64,000 nucleotides of DNA from an uncultured Verrucomicrobiae bacterium (GCA_963837955.1 CAWIPH010000002.1:3904001-3968000); one strand, 5' to 3'. Shown: positions 1 to 10,411, counted from the first letter of the stretch. Numbers and translations are program-made. Notes: generated from the letters alone by a model not told the origin.

Positions 1-1
1 G

Positions 2-910
2 CATCTCCTCTACCTGAAACGATTTGGAATAATGCCGGCTGCCGTCGAATTGATCAACGAGCCGGATGGGGTTTCCAACACCAACTATACTCCGGAAGAA
101 TACGATTCCTTGGTTGTCAGCGTAAAAACAAATCTAGACGAACACGGTCTCAAAACCGGAATCGAAGGACCCGGCGTGAGCACTGGATTTAGCACCGGCG
201 CGTATCTGCAGGAGTTGGAGCGAACAGGTCATATTTCCTTGCTTCAGCGGCTCTCCTGGCATGACTACGACACGGCCAAACGCCCGGAACCCGCTGGCTT
301 CGCCGGTGTCCCGCTCAGCCTATTGAGCCAGGTCCATGGGCTGCCGCTAGTGGTCACTGAGTTTACTAGCGAAAGTCCGCGCTGGGCAAGGCCACCGTAC
401 GACGCGGGACCTGAAGTCCGGAGTGAAAATAGCGCCGCCAACTCCGCTGATTTCGGCGTCTCGGTAGCGGGAGAGGCCCTTAAGTTGATCGCCGATGGCG
501 CGAACCAAGTCTCTTTCTGGCAAGCCGAAGACCCCTCCTGGACACATGATGCGTTTGGACTGCTCGACGAAGAGGGCAGACGAAAGCCGGTCGCGACCGC
601 ACTCCAGTCCTTTCTCCAGTTCTTGCCTAGAGATGTTCAGGTAGTTGGCCCCGACAAGAACCTTTTCGGATTCGCTGGTGTGGCTTTTCGCAAATCAAAA
701 ACGACCATCATCGTCCTGGCAAATCTCACGTCGGCAACTCGATCGCTTCAAGTGGAATTCGGTGGTCCGACCGGCAAAATCTCTGCGGTCCATGGATTCG
801 ATGCGAATGGACCGATGAGCGAGAAAGCTGGTCACCAAGTTAAGTATTCAGGCGGCGTGCTCTCGGTTGAGCTTGGTCCCCGCGCCGTGTTGACTACGGT
901 CATTCAGTAG
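2..910 (+). CDS. Clan GH-A glycoside hydrolase, 5'-truncated by window edge
   Basis: Frame is open from base 2. VELINEPD (acid/base NEP) and VVTEF (nucleophile-like) motifs, followed by a beta-sandwich-like C-terminus. Confidence 0.6.
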   Translation, partial: HLLYLKRFGIMPAAVELINEPDGVSNTNYTPEEYDSLVVSVKTNLDEHGLKTGIEGPGVSTGFSTGAYLQELERTGHISLLQRLSWHDYDTAKRPEPAGFAGVPLSLLSQVHGLPLVVTEFTSESPRWARPPYDAGPEVRSENSAANSADFGVSVAGEALKLIADGANQVSFWQAEDPSWTHDAFGLLDEEGRRKPVATALQSFLQFLPRDVQVVGPDKNLFGFAGVAFRKSKTTIIVLANLTSATRSLQVEFGGPTGKISAVHGFDANGPMSEKAGHQVKYSGGVLSVELGPRAVLTTVIQ

Positions 911-981
911 AAGGCAAACACGCCAATCCGCGAGTGATGGTTTTCGACCTTCTAGCGGTGGCGCTCGCTTCTGTTACTCCG

Positions 982-2142
982 CTAAAGCGCTGCCCTAAGG
1001 ATCTCAGCCAACTCATCAGTCTCAAGCAAAATGGGATTCGCTTTCATGCTGTTTGCCTGTTGCGCCTTTTCTACGAGAACCTTGATTTCAGTGTCTCGAA
1101 CACCAAACTTACCTAACGGCGCAACATTCAAGGTCCGACAGAGATCACGCACCCAGTTTACGGCGTCATCCGCTTTCGCGCTTGCCTTGTTCGTGAGCAG
1201 AGACCCCAAGGCGTCGTATCGACGAAGGGCATCGCTTTCGGGCATCCGACTGCGCAACGCCCGGATGTTCATGTCCATGACGTACGGTAATAATGCTGCA
1301 CAGATGGCGCCGTGCGGCGCGTCAAACATCCCTCCAATGGGCGCTGCAAATCCATGAACCGCTCCGAGCCCGGCGTTTGCTAGTGCCATACCTCCAAGCA
1401 GGCTCGCCAACGACATATCGGTACGGGCGCCGCGATCATGGCCATCCCGAAAAGCTCGGGGTAACCCTGTCACGACGCGTGGCAGACCCGATAAACAGAA
1501 CGCATCAGTCATCGGATTAGCCCGGACCGAAACGTACGGCTCAATCAGCTGAGTGAGTGTATCCAGCCCGGTCGCTGCAGTCACCACAGGCGGAACCGGA
1601 ACAGTAGTCTCCGGGTCGACCACTACCAACCGCGGCAACAGAATCGAACCGCGCAAACTCACTTTCACGTGATGTTCCGGAGACCCAAGCACGGCGTTCT
1701 TGGTCACTTCTGCTCCGGTCCCAGCCGTCGTGGGAATTGCGCAAAGCGGCAGAGCCGCTGCTTCCAGCGGCTTAGCTTTACCGATTACCTCCAGGTAATC
1801 TAAGATATCGCCCTGGTTGGTCGTTAAACCAGATATGGCCTTAGCGGAATCGATTACGCTTCCCCCACCGAAACCGACAATACCGGTTGCGCTAGAGTTT
1901 CGCGCCAACTGGACCCCATGACGCATCAAATCGATCGTAGGTTCTCCGCCGACTCGAAATTCGATTTGTTCAACCCCAAGTTTTTCGAGCTGATCTGTCA
2001 GCGGTTTGGCTCGGCTCGAATCCTTTCCTGTGACTACCAAGATTCTTGGGCCGAGAACTTGGATAAGCTCGCCAATCCGCTGCAGGGCGCCCAAGCCAAA
2101 TACGATCCGGCCGCTCGTAGCGAATTCGAACTGAATACTCAC
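982..2142 (-). CDS. Iron-containing alcohol dehydrogenase
   Basis: GFGGGSVIDSAK, IPTTAGTGAEVT, GAVHG and PHG motifs. Likely GTG start at 2142 overlaps the upstream stop (GTGA). Confidence 0.92.
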   Translation of the reverse strand: MSIQFEFATSGRIVFGLGALQRIGELIQVLGPRILVVTGKDSSRAKPLTDQLEKLGVEQIEFRVGGEPTIDLMRHGVQLARNSSATGIVGFGGGSVIDSAKAISGLTTNQGDILDYLEVIGKAKPLEAAALPLCAIPTTAGTGAEVTKNAVLGSPEHHVKVSLRGSILLPRLVVVDPETTVPVPPVVTAATGLDTLTQLIEPYVSVRANPMTDAFCLSGLPRVVTGLPRAFRDGHDRGARTDMSLASLLGGMALANAGLGAVHGFAAPIGGMFDAPHGAICAALLPYVMDMNIRALRSRMPESDALRRYDALGSLLTNKASAKADDAVNWVRDLCRTLNVAPLGKFGVRDTEIKVLVEKAQQANSMKANPILLETDELAEILRAAL

Positions 2143-2444
2143 CAGTTCTGGTCTTCCGGGAAAACGTTGTGATAAAAGATGCGCGACCGTGGCTGTATCA
2201 GTAGATCTTCCACGGTTGCCTGCCATTTCGCATAGTGAGGGGTCCGCTTATGAGAGGCCGTATCCGCTTCGGTGCGATAGACTTCAACGAGTACGAACTG
2301 GGTAGGATCATCCCGCTGCTGAATAAAGTCGAATCGCACGACCCCCGGTTCTTGAATGCTGTTGCGAGCGTTTTCAATCGTTGCCGCGCAGAACGCCTCC
2401 ACGCACTCCGGTTTTACCTGGATGAAAACGTGAGCGATGAACAT
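2139..2444 (-). CDS. Antibiotic biosynthesis monooxygenase / LsrG-like protein
   Basis: EPGVVRFD, FVLVEVY and HKRTPHY motifs. ATG at 2444. Confidence 0.85.
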   Translation of the reverse strand: MFIAHVFIQVKPECVEAFCAATIENARNSIQEPGVVRFDFIQQRDDPTQFVLVEVYRTEADTASHKRTPHYAKWQATVEDLLIQPRSRIFYHNVFPEDQNW

Positions 2445-2559
2445 AGACCAGTCTCCGTACGGGCGCTTGAACGTGCAAGGGAGGAATGAAGATGACCGAT
2501 AGCGAATAGCCAATAGCGGATTTTGGCTATTTCATCCGCGCACGAGGAAGTCTTGGCGC

Positions 2560-2591
2560 AAAAAAAAAGAGGCAGGCACATCGCCCGCCTC
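2560..2591 (-). terminator. Rho-independent terminator
   Basis: Minus strand GAGGCGGGC-loop-GCCTGCCTC followed by a T run, downstream of 2619-3092. Confidence 0.8.
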
Positions 2592-2618
2592 CCATAAGAA
2601 CACAGATAATTTTTCGGC

Positions 2619-3092
2619 TTAGTCGTCGCTATCGACCTTTATGGTCCATTTTTTGCCGGTTCGTCGATCGATGTAGACTTCTTTGTTCCCCTTCTTTTCG
2701 ACCAGTTGGAATCGAGTGGTATCCAGCGAATGGACAAATGTGTCGACGGTGGGATATTCCGCATCATCCGTAACCGTCTCAGTAACAATCTGTCTGTTAA
2801 CCCCCGCTGGCTGAGACTGCGCAACGGTTTGTTGGCGAACGACTCGGCCGTACGGATCCACGAAAACCACGTCGTTATCCGATTCGCGACGGACGGTGAC
2901 TTCGTACAAACCATTTTCATCTCGCACCACCCGGGTTACTCGCGAGACGTCAGGGATTCGGGTCTCCCGAATCACCGCGGTTCTGATCGTCTCCGGTAAC
3001 GTAACAAATTGAATGTCATCCGCCAGAGCCGTTACCATTCCACCCAAGCCTAAGACTCCAGCCACAAGTAGGAACTTTGCTTTCATAGTCAT
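2619..3092 (-). CDS. Secreted hypothetical protein (PepSY-like N-terminal region possible)
   Basis: N-terminal signal peptide (ALA-D). Followed by a terminator. Confidence 0.65.
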   Translation of the reverse strand: MTMKAKFLLVAGVLGLGGMVTALADDIQFVTLPETIRTAVIRETRIPDVSRVTRVVRDENGLYEVTVRRESDNDVVFVDPYGRVVRQQTVAQSQPAGVNRQIVTETVTDDAEYPTVDTFVHSLDTTRFQLVEKKGNKEVYIDRRTGKKWTIKVDSDD

Positions 3093-3444
3093 TAGGTGCT
3101 GAGACGAGCCTCCAGCGGGTAGTATTCAATATTTACTCCCTGCCCCGACAGTGGTCCGAATGCGTCATAGCTCAGGCCGAATGCGCGCAATGATTCGGGT
3201 TAGCATAAAAGAAGCCAATTTCAGAAAGGTTCCCCATTTGCGATTTTCTTTCCCTGCGCTCACTGAAAAAATAATCGAGTCTGAATGCCCCTTTTCGGTT
3301 GCATACGGCTCATTTCTCCCCGATTAAGTGCTGCTCGTTTGTTTGTTCGCAGCACGGAAGATCGTCAGTTGAGAATACCTCAGTGGTGATTTGAAACCCG
3401 ATGAGCGGGTACGGCTCTGACACTGACATTCGTTCTTAATTGAT

Positions 3445-3750
3445 ATGAAATTGTTTGTAGGAAATCTCGCGTTTTCCAGCACGGAAAACGACCTGGAAGA
3501 TTTGTTCTCTGAGTACGGCACTGTCACCGAAGTTGGCCTGGTTACCGATCGGGCAACTGGCCGGTCCCGCGGGTTCGCCTTCGTTACGATGGGTAACGAT
3601 ACCGAAGCACAAGCGGCAATCACTGCGCTTGACGGTAAGGAGTTTGGCGGCCGTAACATCGCGGTAAACGAAGCGCGCCCCAAGACGGATGCGCCACGCG
3701 GTGGTGGTGGTGGTTCTCGCCAGAATACCTTCAGCCGTCCACGGCGTTAA
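3445..3750 (+). CDS. RRM RNA-binding protein
   Basis: RNP2 LFVGNL, RNP1 RGFAFVTM, VNEARP, and a Gly-rich tail. Confidence 0.95.
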   Translation: MKLFVGNLAFSSTENDLEDLFSEYGTVTEVGLVTDRATGRSRGFAFVTMGNDTEAQAAITALDGKEFGGRNIAVNEARPKTDAPRGGGGGSRQNTFSRPRR

Positions 3751-3877
3751 TTCACGAATCTGGACGCGCAGCTAACGTTGCGCGTCCGCTGCGTTCATCG
3801 ACGCAGAAAAATGATGGTGGCGATCTGGCAGCGTCGGATCGTCACTAAGCTCTAATCTCCCCTTCGTGGCTGCCCCC

Positions 3878-4226
3878 CTGATGGGTAGGGCGAACGCTTT
3901 TGCGTGAGCCGCTCAGGGCTTCCCGGCTGAAATAAATTTTCGCCCTACCAATGCTGGGACAGCACCGCTGATCGGTAGGCGAACGCTCTGCGTGAGCCGC
4001 TCGGAAGTTCCCGGCTCAAATAAATTTTCGCCCTACCAACGCTGGAACAACACACCTGATCGGTAGGCGAACGCTCTGCGTGAGCCGCTCGGAAGTTCCG
4101 GCTCAAATAAATTTTCGCCCTACCAACGCTGGGATAGCACACCTGATCGGTCGGCGAACGCTTTGCCTGAGCCGCTCAGAAGTTCCCGGCTCAAATAAAT
4201 TTTCGCCCTACCAACGCTGGGACAAC
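3878..4226. repeat. Tandem array of four 87-90 bp GTAG-type REP-like palindromic units
   Basis: Units start at 3878, 3968, 4056 and 4143. Each is GGTAGG(G)CGAA...TGAGCCG...CGGCTCA...TTCGCCCTACC with small variations. Confidence 0.9.
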
Positions 4227-4549
4227 CCCATTCTGCTCAGACTTCCTTCCTTAATCTGAAACCTTTGCGTCTTGGCGTCTTTGCGTGAGATCTCTCCGCC
4301 CTTAATCGGACGTTGCTGCATCTCAATCAGGCCAGACTTCGCCAAACCGTGACGCTCAGAAAGAAGGATATGAATAGGCCAATCGCTAGCCACCAAGCGA
4401 TGTGGTTGAATCGGAGAGGGATGGTTTTCACGATCGAATTTTTGCTGAAAAGACGCTGTTGCGATCGGCAATTGCATCTTTTCTCTCTTACCCACGCGCG
4501 CACACAACAGATCTTGCGTCTCGTTTGCGAGCAGCGATAAGTCTCGAAG

Positions 4550-5023
4550 ATGAGCAATTTTGGGCAGCTTGACGCAAAAGCCGGCCAGCGTACTCACGTT
4601 CACATCCGGCGTTTTGATCCGACCTTGGATCTTGAGATTTGCCAAGAGATTTACCAGATCGTGCGAGCGACGACATTTTACTGGATCGATTCCAAAAAAT
4701 TTCGCTTACGTGATTTTACGGACGACACCAAAGGAGAATTCGTCGCCGTCGCGGAGGACTCGAATCGCGGAGTAGCGGGTTTCATCGGGATTTGGTTTCC
4801 AGACCATTTCATCCATCACTTGTACGTTTTGCCTGAACGTCAGCGTTGCGGAATCGGAAAAGCGCTACTCGACCACGCGTTGACCCAGATTGGCCGGCCA
4901 GCAAGATTAAAATGCCAACGACGCAACCGGAACGCGTGCAATTTCTATACCCATCTCGGTTGGCGCTCGGGCGAGACAGGTTACGATTCTATCGGGGATT
5001 GGATCGAGTTTCTCTTCGATTAA
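4550..5023 (+). CDS. GNAT family N-acetyltransferase
   Basis: LYVLPERQRCGIGKALL acetyl-CoA motif and N..A..FY...GW. Confidence 0.9.
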   Translation: MSNFGQLDAKAGQRTHVHIRRFDPTLDLEICQEIYQIVRATTFYWIDSKKFRLRDFTDDTKGEFVAVAEDSNRGVAGFIGIWFPDHFIHHLYVLPERQRCGIGKALLDHALTQIGRPARLKCQRRNRNACNFYTHLGWRSGETGYDSIGDWIEFLFD

Positions 5024-5658
5024 ACCTCGGCTCGAAAGGTTTTACCCAGTTGCTCTCCTAACCCGTAGTAGTGCCGAAAGTTATAAATCAGCGGTCGCCA
5101 GAGCGCGGGATTAATGTAGTTCTCTTGGAGAATCATTTTCTTCGCGACGTGGACCCGAACGACTTGGACTTCGACGGCAATTGCTCCCGCGCGAATCCGT
5201 TCGTCCTGGGTGCCGATTTCAAAGAAATTCCGGACGATGGCCTCAAGTTGGATCGGGCACTCACCAATCCGCGGCACGTTAATTTCTTCGGACGCTAACG
5301 GCGTCAGACCGACCGCCGCGAACTTGTCCGGTTCATAGCGAAACTGCTCTGCTTTGTGTTTTGGAACCGGATTATTGCCAGTAAGCGGCGCGAGTTTTTC
5401 CACCTTCTGGCAAAGATCTTCGGATACAAGATTCACAACACATTCAGGCTGTCTGCGTAGATTTGCCGTGGTCTTGGCAGTGCTTTCCAATCCGAGGAGC
5501 AGAGTCCAGCCCAGCGCCCAGACGGATGAAATCGGACCGATGTTGGGAGCGCCATCCTCCTTCAACGTCGTGATCAGGGCAACCGGCGTTCCGAAGTAAA
5601 GAATCTTGGGAGCAATTGACTCGGATGCCAAAATCTGCGGCGTGCGCGTTCTATTCAT
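5020..5658 (-). CDS. Flavin reductase family protein
   Basis: YFGTPVALITT, PNIGPISS and PRIGECPIQLEA motifs. Confidence 0.88.
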   Translation of the reverse strand: MNRTRTPQILASESIAPKILYFGTPVALITTLKEDGAPNIGPISSVWALGWTLLLGLESTAKTTANLRRQPECVVNLVSEDLCQKVEKLAPLTGNNPVPKHKAEQFRYEPDKFAAVGLTPLASEEINVPRIGECPIQLEAIVRNFFEIGTQDERIRAGAIAVEVQVVRVHVAKKMILQENYINPALWRPLIYNFRHYYGLGEQLGKTFRAEV

Positions 5659-5720
5659 GATTCACAATCCGTGATTTGCAATTCGCTAGCAACGGTTCAT
5701 ACTTCAAGATTCGCTGAAAT

Positions 5721-6413
5721 ATGGATGGCAAATATCCAATCGCTGAGACAGCTGGACTCTTGGCCGATCCGGCACGTGCAGCAATGCTGGTCGCGCTCCT
5801 GGATGGTCGTAGCCTGCCCGCCTCCGAACTCGCCCTCATTGCCAGGGTTTCGGCTCAAGCGGCCAGCATGCACCTCGCTAAACTCCTGGCCGGTCGCCTG
5901 GTTACAATGACGCGGTTCGGGCGTCATAGATACTATCGCGTTGCCAATTCTGCTGTAGCGAATGTGGTTGAAGCAATGGGTGCGCTGTGCAATACGCTTC
6001 GGCCGGTCCGAGCACCGGTGGGCGGTTCAATTCAACCGATACGCATTGCCCGAACATGTTACGACCATCTCGCGGGAAGAGTGGCTACTCAGATTTGTGA
6101 GTCATTGCAGGAAAAGAGAGTCTTGGAATCGGTGGATGACGTTTTCCGTCTCACGATCCGAGGAGAACGCTGGCTACAAGACCTTGGGATCGATCTGAAT
6201 AGCGTGCGGGCCAACCGAAAACGACCACTTGTGCGCAAATGCTTGGATTGGACCGAACGCAAGTTTCATGTGGCTGGAACCGTCGGAGCAGCGCTGCTTG
6301 AACTTTTCCGGAAGCGGAAATGGATCAGGCGGGAGGCGGGTTCTCGAATCGTAACCATCACGCCGGACGGCAGAGCAGCGTTCAAGGCGCATTTTGGAAT
6401 AGTCATCGACTAG
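5721..6413 (+). CDS. ArsR/SmtB family transcriptional regulator
   Basis: LADPARAAML...ASMHLAKL wHTH, ARTCYDHLAG and CLDWTER. Divergent from the flavin reductase gene. Confidence 0.9.
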   Translation: MDGKYPIAETAGLLADPARAAMLVALLDGRSLPASELALIARVSAQAASMHLAKLLAGRLVTMTRFGRHRYYRVANSAVANVVEAMGALCNTLRPVRAPVGGSIQPIRIARTCYDHLAGRVATQICESLQEKRVLESVDDVFRLTIRGERWLQDLGIDLNSVRANRKRPLVRKCLDWTERKFHVAGTVGAALLELFRKRKWIRREAGSRIVTITPDGRAAFKAHFGIVID

Positions 6414-6529
6414 TGCGCTCAACCGCCAATGGAACAAAACCGGTCCATGAGTACCTCTCGGAGGATTTCGTTACCGAAGCCTTTTGTTTCCTTCCGAAAA
6501 AAGGCATCTTTCTGATTGCCTGATTTGTG

Positions 6530-7213
6530 ATGCCCGCAACAAATACGCTCCCCAGCTTGTGGCCCTATCCGACCGAGTTTCCGGATCTTCTGCTCCGCCC
6601 GCTACAGGAGGAGGACGCCGAGGAGCTCTTTGCCGTAACCGATGGCAACCGTGCGCATCTATTGCGATGGCTGCCATGGGTCGATGCTACCCGGACACCT
6701 AATGATTCTTCTCTATTCATCCGCCACGCCATCGAAGAACAAGCATCGCTGCGGGCGGTTCATTGCGCGATTACGTTCCGGAACAGAATTATTGGCGTTA
6801 TTGCGTTCAATTCGATCGATCATTTTCACCGCGCCAGCACAATTGGATATTGGCTAGCCCAAGATCACACGGGCCATGGGTATATGACTGCCGCCGTCCG
6901 CGCTTTGATTCAATTCGGTTTCGACCACCTCAATCTCAACCGGGTTGAGATCCGCATTGCGCCGGAAAACCGGGCCAGCGGTGCCGTGTGCACTCGATTG
7001 CGGTTTCGCTACGAAGGAGTTCTTCGCGAAGCGGAATGGCTCGGAGATCGCTTTGTCGATTTGGAGATATACAGCCTGCTAAGATCGGAATGGATGCACC
7101 CCGCTGGAGGGCAAGGTCCCTCGATTAGAGTGAGCGAATCTCACGACCAAGCGGCTCAAGGGTCGCACTCGTCAGACAATCTGGGCGTTCGCAATTCCCA
7201 TTTACAAGCCTGA
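6530..7213 (+). CDS. RimJ/RimL family GNAT acetyltransferase
   Basis: WLPWV, IGYWL...GHGYMT, LNRVEI and FRYEGVLR motifs. Confidence 0.9.
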   Translation: MPATNTLPSLWPYPTEFPDLLLRPLQEEDAEELFAVTDGNRAHLLRWLPWVDATRTPNDSSLFIRHAIEEQASLRAVHCAITFRNRIIGVIAFNSIDHFHRASTIGYWLAQDHTGHGYMTAAVRALIQFGFDHLNLNRVEIRIAPENRASGAVCTRLRFRYEGVLREAEWLGDRFVDLEIYSLLRSEWMHPAGGQGPSIRVSESHDQAAQGSHSSDNLGVRNSHLQA

Positions 7214-8536
7214 ACGGACTTCGCGATAACATTCCAGAAATCCCGGCGCAAAGTCTTTTGGCCTGCTCTGTATCCAACCGTCTATCATCGCGAGCCGAAA
7301 AAAGCCGCCGGTCTCGATTTCCAGGGCATTGTATTCGATCGGACCATCATGACTTCCCCGGTAGATCGAGATGAATTCCTGCCCTGTTTTGTCGGATGCC
7401 GCGACCACTCCGATTTGGTGGATGCTAACGGATAGACCGAGCTCTTCGGACAATTCTCGTCGGGCGCAGTCGTCATAGGATTCTCCGGCGTCCACGTGGC
7501 CGGAAGCGCTGGAATCCCACTGATGAGAGTGCCTATCCTTCCGCCAGGAGCGCTTCTGCAAGAACAACTCTCCGTCTCGATTGAGAATGAACAGGTGCAC
7601 CGCTCGATGTCGCAGACTTTGATCGTGAACGGTTTGGCGTTCCGCGGCTCCGATCGGGCGATCAGAATCATCCACTAAAGCCAGCTTTTCCGCCGGATGA
7701 GATCCCTCTCCGCGCGAAGGCACCAATCGATGCATCAGTTCAAGCCATTTCTCGCCGGAGAGTTCCTCTGCCCGACAAGACAAGTTCAATCCCGTCGCGC
7801 TAAGCGCTTCGTCAATCGCATTAACCAAAAAGAGTCTACTGAGATTTTTGCGGAGCTGTTTTCTTCGCTCTGCGAATCCGGTTTTCACCAAAAGGCCAAA
7901 TTGCGACCAACTGATCTCCGGTGTTTCCCGCGCCGGCCTGCGCACCAGTCGAATAACCGCTGAATCCACTTGAGGTCGCGGGAAGAAAAGGGTCGGGGCG
8001 AGGATCCGAAGACGCGCGATATTCCACCTCGCTTGCAACAACACGCTGATTGCTCCGTACTCCTTGGTTCCTGGAGACGCTACCAAGCGCTCTGCCACCT
8101 CCCGTTGCACCGTGAAAACCAACCGCTCGAATGGACACGGCGCGGCGGTAAAATGGAACAGAATCGGCGTGGAGACGTAGTAAGGGAGATTTCCAACAGC
8201 TTTGACCGTCCCCAGAGGGAAAAATTCTCGTATATCGCATCGGAGCGCATCTCCCTTGACCACCCGAATCTGACCTCCGGAGAAGGTACTCTCAATGAAT
8301 TGCGCAAAAAGCTTGTCTTTTTCCAGCAGAGTTGCCGACACCCCGGATTGGGCAAAATTTGCCGTCAGAGCCCCCAACCCTGGACCGATTTCAACCACAT
8401 GATCCCCGGGTGCTATACTGAGCTGATCCACGATCCATTTCGCTACATTCTTGTCATGTAAGAAGTTTTGCCCGAACGACTTGCGCGGAGCCGCTCCCAG
8501 CCGCTCCAAGGTTGACATTATGCTGCTAATGTTCAT
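7202..8536 (-). CDS. rsmA: 16S rRNA adenine dimethyltransferase RsmA/KsgA fused to a C-terminal Nudix domain
   Basis: KSFGQNFL, VVEIGPGLGALT, GNLPY and FFPRPQVDSAV. C-terminal Nudix box GHVDAGESYDDCARRELSEELGL. Confidence 0.93.
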   Translation of the reverse strand: MNISSIMSTLERLGAAPRKSFGQNFLHDKNVAKWIVDQLSIAPGDHVVEIGPGLGALTANFAQSGVSATLLEKDKLFAQFIESTFSGGQIRVVKGDALRCDIREFFPLGTVKAVGNLPYYVSTPILFHFTAAPCPFERLVFTVQREVAERLVASPGTKEYGAISVLLQARWNIARLRILAPTLFFPRPQVDSAVIRLVRRPARETPEISWSQFGLLVKTGFAERRKQLRKNLSRLFLVNAIDEALSATGLNLSCRAEELSGEKWLELMHRLVPSRGEGSHPAEKLALVDDSDRPIGAAERQTVHDQSLRHRAVHLFILNRDGELFLQKRSWRKDRHSHQWDSSASGHVDAGESYDDCARRELSEELGLSVSIHQIGVVAASDKTGQEFISIYRGSHDGPIEYNALEIETGGFFRLAMIDGWIQSRPKDFAPGFLECYREVRSGL

Positions 8537-8617
8537 CGTCCGAGGACGGACCAGAGATCACTTGCTAGCAGGTTCTTCTCCGTAAACCCGCAGTTCTAAA
8601 CAAGTTATTCACAGCAT

Positions 8618-9808
8618 TTATTTGCCGGAATCGCCTTGACTTTTTTTCTCGATCTTAAGCTTCCGGGCCTCGCTCTTTTTTTTTCTTCGGAGCAACCTGC
8701 GCACTTCGGCCAGCGAAATCCCATCGATAAAATAAGCGGAGGCAGCCCGGCCGATACCATAAGTTCCGGCTGCTGCTACGCCGCCGGAGATCGCATTTCC
8801 CCATCCTGGAAGGAATTTGACAGCTGCCCGCGCGCCTTCTCGGAACGCCATTCCTACGCCGATATTCATGCCGAGCGCACCTAGAAACTCGCCCGCGGCT
8901 TTCAAGCTCAGTTCCCGACCGCTAATGTGCATGACGCCGGCAACCATCATAAACTGAAGTGTCGTCAAAACAGGAAAATCCGCGAGTGGGATCGGCTGCG
9001 CCCCAATCGCGGCGGACATGGTAGTCACAGAACGGATCAACCGGTTGGCCAGATCTTTTTGCACTTCCTTGGCGCCGAAAATCCGCGCCATCTCAACCTG
9101 CGCGTCATCAGGAAGCTCGCGGGTCATGAGATCAGCCAATTCACGAATATTGCGGCGCTCGTCTCGCTCTAGATCGAGCGAGCCATCCATCCGAAATCGC
9201 ACGAACGAAGAGACTGCGATCGCGCGGACAAAATGAGAAGCCAAACCGGGCTGACCACTTAGCCAAGCTTGCAATTCGGTCCGGCGCTTTTCGACAACTT
9301 CGGCACTGGTATCCGCGGGGAGATCAACCACTCCGATCAATGGGATTCGCTTTTGGAAACGCTGGTGGAGAAAATCGAGCACCCGAGTAGCTTGCTCGCA
9401 TTCGAAGCCGAGATCGGTCGAGGCCGTGCCGCTGACTAAGAAAAGGATTATGTCGGGACCCTCTTCGGACAAAGCGCTCGTCAAATCACTCCAGGAGCCG
9501 GACGTCTTATTTAGCCGGCGAGCATCGAGAATGCGGAAGCCTCCCTTCAGCCGCTGCTCGTAATTAATCCAGCCAGGATCGGTCTGAGGAGCAATCAAAG
9601 TCAGTTCGGAACCAAGAAGTGCTGACGCGATGGAGGAAGCATTGGCATTCGCGTCGCCCAGCAAAGCCAAGCGAGCCGGACGCTGCGCCAAGAAGATTTG
9701 TTTGATCGGGCGCAACTCTTGCAAGATTGCTTTTTGCAAAGGATTGGGCAGACGGGAGATCAGCGCTTCGATTTTCTCGTAGATGCCTAGTAACGTCTGC
9801 TGATTCAT
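8618..9808 (-). CDS. DUF697/YcjF-like protein with degenerate GTPase-like N-terminus
   Basis: C-terminal PIPLADFPVLTTLQ..M and KFLPGWGNAISGGVA are typical of DUF697. Confidence 0.7.
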   Translation of the reverse strand: MNQQTLLGIYEKIEALISRLPNPLQKAILQELRPIKQIFLAQRPARLALLGDANANASSIASALLGSELTLIAPQTDPGWINYEQRLKGGFRILDARRLNKTSGSWSDLTSALSEEGPDIILFLVSGTASTDLGFECEQATRVLDFLHQRFQKRIPLIGVVDLPADTSAEVVEKRRTELQAWLSGQPGLASHFVRAIAVSSFVRFRMDGSLDLERDERRNIRELADLMTRELPDDAQVEMARIFGAKEVQKDLANRLIRSVTTMSAAIGAQPIPLADFPVLTTLQFMMVAGVMHISGRELSLKAAGEFLGALGMNIGVGMAFREGARAAVKFLPGWGNAISGGVAAAGTYGIGRAASAYFIDGISLAEVRRLLRRKKKSEARKLKIEKKSQGDSGK

Positions 9809-9925
9809 TTTGGGGGTTCTCTGAATTTTTCGAGATGGCTAGGACTGGGTACACTCTTCCGGCGCCTTCGAGTCGCCCGATACCGTTCGAGGGCCGGCTA
9901 GCGCGTGGTTGCGAGATTCAGCGCA

Positions 9926-10411
9926 TTATACCTTTTCTCCGACGAACAATGCTTGGCGGAGTGCTTTCACATGCTCCGAAGGCTTCACCTTCTTCAAAAT
10001 CTGAGCGATGCGCTGATCCGGGCCGATGATGAACGTAGTCCTCTCCGCTCCGAAATATTTTTTGCCGTACATGCTTTTTTCGACCCAGACATGGTACGCC
10101 TCTACCAACTTTTTGTCGGCGTCGCTCAGGAGAGGAAACGGAAGCCCATTTTTTCTGATGAATTTCTGGTGGCTTTCGACACTGTCGACGCTCACCCCAA
10201 ACAGTTCAGCTTTCGATTGAATTTCGCCCCAGGTGTCGCGAATGTCGCACGCTTGTTGAGTACACCCGGGCGTACCGTCTTTAGGGTAGAAATAAAGGAC
10301 CAAGGTCGACCCTTTGAAATCAGCCAGCTTTACTGGTTGGCCGGCACCATAAATGCCTCCTACCGCAATTGCTTGAAAACTCGGAGCAGGATCACCAATC
10401 TGAAGTTCCAT
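9926..10411 (-). CDS. bcp: Peroxiredoxin Bcp/PrxQ
   Basis: LYFYPKDGTPGCTQQAC motif. ATG at 10411. Confidence 0.92.
   Translation of the reverse strand: MELQIGDPAPSFQAIAVGGIYGAGQPVKLADFKGSTLVLYFYPKDGTPGCTQQACDIRDTWGEIQSKAELFGVSVDSVESHQKFIRKNGLPFPLLSDADKKLVEAYHVWVEKSMYGKKYFGAERTTFIIGPDQRIAQILKKVKPSEHVKALRQALFVGEKV

Noticed and set aside
3878..4226. Possible CRISPR array
   Set aside because: Units are near-identical over their whole length, with no unique spacers and no cas genes.
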